Source: Patellaria atrata CBS 101060 (lineage: Eukaryota). From it: 64,000 nucleotides of DNA. How positions within the stretch are numbered: position 1 is the first letter of the stretch; each line of letters opens with the position of its first letter. Positions 59,811-64,000 of the stretch are shown in pieces. A program made the translations under genes and the position numbers. The DNA is taken from positions 190,123 to 254,122 of the forward strand of contig MU006102.1 of NCBI GenBank assembly GCA_010093705.1, written 5' to 3'. The notes under the pieces were generated by a model, which was not told the origin of the DNA, ran no database searches, and worked only from the letters and a program-made list of their open reading frames with translations.

Positions 59811-62012
59811 TGACAAAGCTAGATATAACCACAATGGCCATCTCTCATTAAATCATAAGAGCTTGGAAATTCGAGGCATGTTTGCTGCAACAACCAGGAA
59901 TCCAGAATTTTCCAAGAAGACAAAGCAATTGACAAGCGTTGTACAGTTGTCTTGAAATTCTTGGCTACTTAAAGACGACGACAACCTTTGAAGCGTCTTG
60001 AGCAGAATAAATGCTCCTACGTAAGAAAAATATCAAGGTGCCGAGCTAGCAAAGACGGAAAGGCGGCAAGATTTGCTTGTCACTGAAGGGCGTGCAAAGT
60101 CTTTAAAGAAACGTCTTCCTTTCTCTTAGGTCATATCTCTCGTTCAATTCTACCTTCAAATTTCTCAATCGCAAGCTCAAGAATGTCTCTCTCGCGTTGC
60201 GATTGAACTGTACAGTACCTCCTATTCGGTTCTCAAGCTGGTCATCGTCACGGATCAGATTCAGGACGCTTGAGAACCCTAGATTGAACGATTGAACACC
60301 AACCCTGGAGAAGGAAGTCAGAATATCTCTACGCCCTACAGTAATTAAGGGTCCAGGGCTCGAGGTGCATTTGCCTCTGCGATATGCTCAGCGCTGCAGG
60401 TACATGAACACTTACAACGGCGATCCCGAAATGACACTCTAGACTCTAGAGTCTTTTCTTCTTCGGCTTAGGATTTCGAATCGACAGGACTTTGTTGTGC
60501 AGGATTATGTTGGTTAGGCCGAACCGAGAACATGCCCTTTCCGACGGGAACTCTTCTTCACATGCACTAGATGCAGTATACAATCGGAACGCGTGGAGAG
60601 AAAAGAGCAAGAACCAAGAAAGATTCCATAGAGAATGTGCCTTAAACCGTCCAAGCTATCCGAGACCGCGAGTATCCGAAGCATGATGCATCCATCCGTC
60701 ACATCAATTTGTCAGACCAGGATGCCTCGCGGAATTATACAGTGGCTTGTCGAATCCAGAACACGAGGAGACCTCGGTCGTTTTCAATGATTGACGCTAG
60801 ACTTCGGTGTGTTCAATTTCGGGCAGGTCGTCTTGCTGGACATGATTGAAGGATTACTGAAAACACCATACGACCGTCAAGTCGTACATTTACCATTCGA
60901 GCTGTGGAACGCCTGTGGCGATAGAAATCAGACGCGCAGTCATTCCATCCTTCCCACCGTGAAAGCCAATCAAAGTTCTTATACAGGGCGGCAAAAGTAC
61001 GATTGTTTATCTGGCGGAACAAATTCATCTCGCTTCACAGATTATCAAAAGAGTTGGTTATCTATCACCTTGTCGGGTTGCCCAGCGCATGTTAACTATG
61101 TTCCTCTATAGAAAGAGCAAAAGAAGACAAAGAGACTGGCAGGACATCTACAGATCCTCCCGTTGATGCGATCATGGAGTGAAATAGCTTGATTACAGAT
61201 CATTATATGAGTTGATGAATATTCTCTGTTTGGAAAACGCAAATCGCAAGATCAGGCACGAAATTGGAAAGCCAAAGGGAGGCCTCACGGGGAGAGGCGA
61301 GATTCATGACTCTCAGACTAAACTGGGACTAGGTTTATCTTTCGCCAGCCGCTATCGCGGGGTTAACTAACCTCTTGATCCTCCGCATGAGAATCATCAT
61401 GTTATCACCTCACCGACAATCGAGTCATGATATAACTTTGGTCTTGCGAATAGAGCTCTCTATTGCTACGAGCTTGACGACTTCGCCTTGAAAGAAAGAG
61501 ATAGCTCTATCGACCACTTTCTTTGATACATGTCCCGTCAATCGCACCGGTTGCATACTAGAAAGCCCCTTCCATTCTTAATCGGGCAGCTGTCCGAACT
61601 GGAGGAGTCTGGGATGATGTTATTTCACGGGTAGGCCGCATGTTTAGCCTCCTAGGACCTTGGAGACTTGGACAGGCTTGGGATAGATATCTGCCAATGA
61701 ATGTCCAAGACAACTAAGAAAGCTTGCCAGTGCTTGCAGTCTACTTGCACTAAGGACGCTATGGCCGGAGAGACATCCCTCGACATGATAATGACAGATA
61801 CAGTACTTATTTTGTTTTAAGTATACTTGCCGACTAGGTATGAAAATGCGGGATTCATCATTCTAGAAGCTTTTCGCATGCTTCTAAGTTGACGCCATTT
61901 TCTACTTTCAGCATGCATTTAGGTCCAACGGAGAAGGAGGGTAAGCACGCAGTAAGCAAGGTTTCCACACGATAGAGGTACCGACAGCAAAACGAGACGC
62001 ATCTCAGATGGC

Positions 62013-62068
62013 CAGACATTGCAGACATTGCAGACATTTGCAGACATTTGCAGACGTTTGCAGACATT
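62013..62068. repeat. tandem (G)CAGACATT(T) x6
   Basis: Six 9-10-nt units, one with an A>G variant, about 420 bp upstream of the permease ATG. Confidence 0.92.
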
Positions 62069-62488
62069 ACCACGATACCAGAACTACCGAATGGAAGGCT
62101 CACACGACCGAACCGCTGGTATGGCAAATCCGAAGCCATATCGGGTATGACACCGTGCCGTTCGCACACCTCCTTTAGTCGTGTCTCGATGTCTAGGGTT
62201 TTCTAGTGATAAAACTCCCACGCCGTCCTTGCCTTTGTACCCCTAGCCCTATCCATGCACGACGCTAGACAGATAACATGTAACCATACCGTTTTCGTCT
62301 CCCATTGGTCTATAAGCTCTCCAGCTGCAGTTTGGTGGTGAAAGCTCACATCCCTCCCAATATATAAATATTGGTATCAACCCCTGCCCCGGGACCTTCA
62401 GCTTCTGCTCCTCTCTTGTCGATTCTCCTCTTCTCTATCCGCAATCGAAGGAGTGGAGTATCGCCTTTGTTGCGACAACAGAATTACC

Positions 62489-64000
62489 ATGGATACCTCA
62501 CCAGACTACAAGCTCGATCCTTCGTCCGGGGTCAATGTAGACCCGGAGAAGGGAAGAATATCTAGCACGTTCAAAGACCATCGTCGTGGTAGTCAGTTTG
62601 ATCCTGCAAATGAAGCTATCGTGACTGAAGATGTAAACAAACTTAAACGTGGACTGAGTGGGAGACATATGCAGGTTAGTTTACATACGCTTCTCCAGAT
62701 GCCAACCGTAGCTAACTATACTAGATGATTGCAGTTGGTGAGCTATGACGCGTTTAGTTTGACGTCTTGTGCAATTCTAATCCGAAAACCCATAGGCGGT
62801 GCTATCGGTGCTGGTCTTTTTGTTGGTTCTGGTGGTGCTCTAAGAACCGGTGGACCCGCGTCTTTGGTATGAAGACCTGGAAACGATCGTGTTTCTGTTG
62901 ACTAACGCTCATTTGCGTAGGTTATCTGCTTCATGATTATTGGTGTTTTCATCCTGATGATGATGCAAGCCTTGGCTGAGTTGACAGTTATGTATCCTGT
63001 CAACGGTGCATTTTACACTTATTGTGTTCGCTTTATCGATCCGTCATGGTAAGTTTCGATCTATGATGATTGGGAATTGTCCAGTTCAACTCACACACTT
63101 TAGGGGTTTCGCAATCGGTTGGGATTATGCTATCCAATGGCTAACCATTCTTCCATTTGAAATCACTGCTGCTGCCATCACCATTGATTTCTGGCACCAC
63201 TATAATGTTGGTATCTGGATCGCAGTGTTTCTAACAGTCCTCTCAGTCATCCAAATATTTGGTGTCAAGGGTTATGGAGAGACCGAGTTCATTTTAAGCG
63301 TAATCAAGATCGCGGCTTGCACTGGTTTTATCATCTTCGGTATCATCGTCAACTGTGGTGGTGTACCTACCGATGACCGTGGGTATATCGGCGCTAGGTA
63401 CTGGCATGCTCCAGAACAAGCTTTCCGCAACGGCTTTAAAGGCTTCTGTTCAGTTTTCGTGACCGCCTCATTCGCCTTCGGTGGTACGGAGCTTACAGGT
63501 CTCGCTGCAGCCGAAGCAAAGGATCCGGCTAAGCAGATTCCAAAGGCCACGAAGCAGGTGTTCTGGCGTATCACTTTCTTCTACGTCGTGAACTTGTTCA
63601 TCCTTGGTCTCATCGTTCCCTCCAGCTCAGACGTTCTCAGGGGTTCGTCGGGTGCAAACACCAAAGCGTCTCCATTCGTGGAAGCTATCCGACTTGCTGG
63701 TGTTAAGGGTCTTCCTTCTGTTTTTAACGCTGTCATCACAATTTCTGTCATCAGTGTTGCAAATTCAGCCACTTATGCCTCCACTCGTACCATTCAAGCT
63801 CTCGCAATGAACGGAATGGCCCCCAAGTTCCTCGCATACGTTGATAAGAAAGGACGTCCGGTGCCAACCATTATCCTTCAGCTCGTCTTCGGTCTTTTAG
63901 CTTTCATCAACGAAGCTTCAGACACTGGTGATACCATCTTCGGCTGGCTTCTCGCGCTTTCCGGTCTCGCCAACTTTTTCGTGTACGGTAGCGTCTGCGT
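62489..64000 (+). CDS. amino-acid permease (APC/YAT family), 3' end beyond window
   Basis: LKRGLSGRHMQ/MIAVG/GAIGAGLFVGSG, MQALAEL, FAIGWDY, FAFGGTELTGLAAAE; 13-nt micro-exon 62725-62737; GATAA sites at 62208 and 62272, TATA at 62361. Confidence 0.94.

Noticed and set aside
62013..62068. CRISPR-like array
   Set aside because: Eukaryotic context, no spacers; simple tandem repeat

Overview
Gene-dense, intron-rich nuclear DNA from a filamentous ascomycete (Pezizomycotina; Dothideomycete-like by inference), with two 100-N scaffold gaps. About 22 protein-coding genes are supported. Most are conserved housekeeping genes: Atg38-like, nrd1/MRN1, alg8, itc1, sgf73, cys2/cysA, vms1, tti1, pds5, ceg1, cbp3, cem1, a NiCoT nickel permease, a DUF2439 protein and an amino-acid permease. 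A few are accessory: a secreted His/Pro-repeat protein, a kinase-ankyrin fusion, an orphan ORF and a DHA1 MFS transporter. Most notable non-genic signals: (1) a 341-bp minus-strand element at 31005-31345 with a tRNA-Leu-like head (Pol III A box), several stems and 9-bp flanking direct repeats, a candidate tRNA-derived SINE or Pol III ncRNA; (2) a scrambled, synonymously diverged relic of the essential capping-enzyme gene beside an intronless ceg1; (3) repeated C-rich to G-rich skew switches at gene 3' ends; (4) a dense GTAC cluster; (5) a motif-repeat 5'UTR intron candidate in nrd1; (6) a ZafA-type zinc-response motif upstream of an uncharacterised flavoprotein. Exon boundaries were read by eye and all family calls come from recalled motifs, not database searches.
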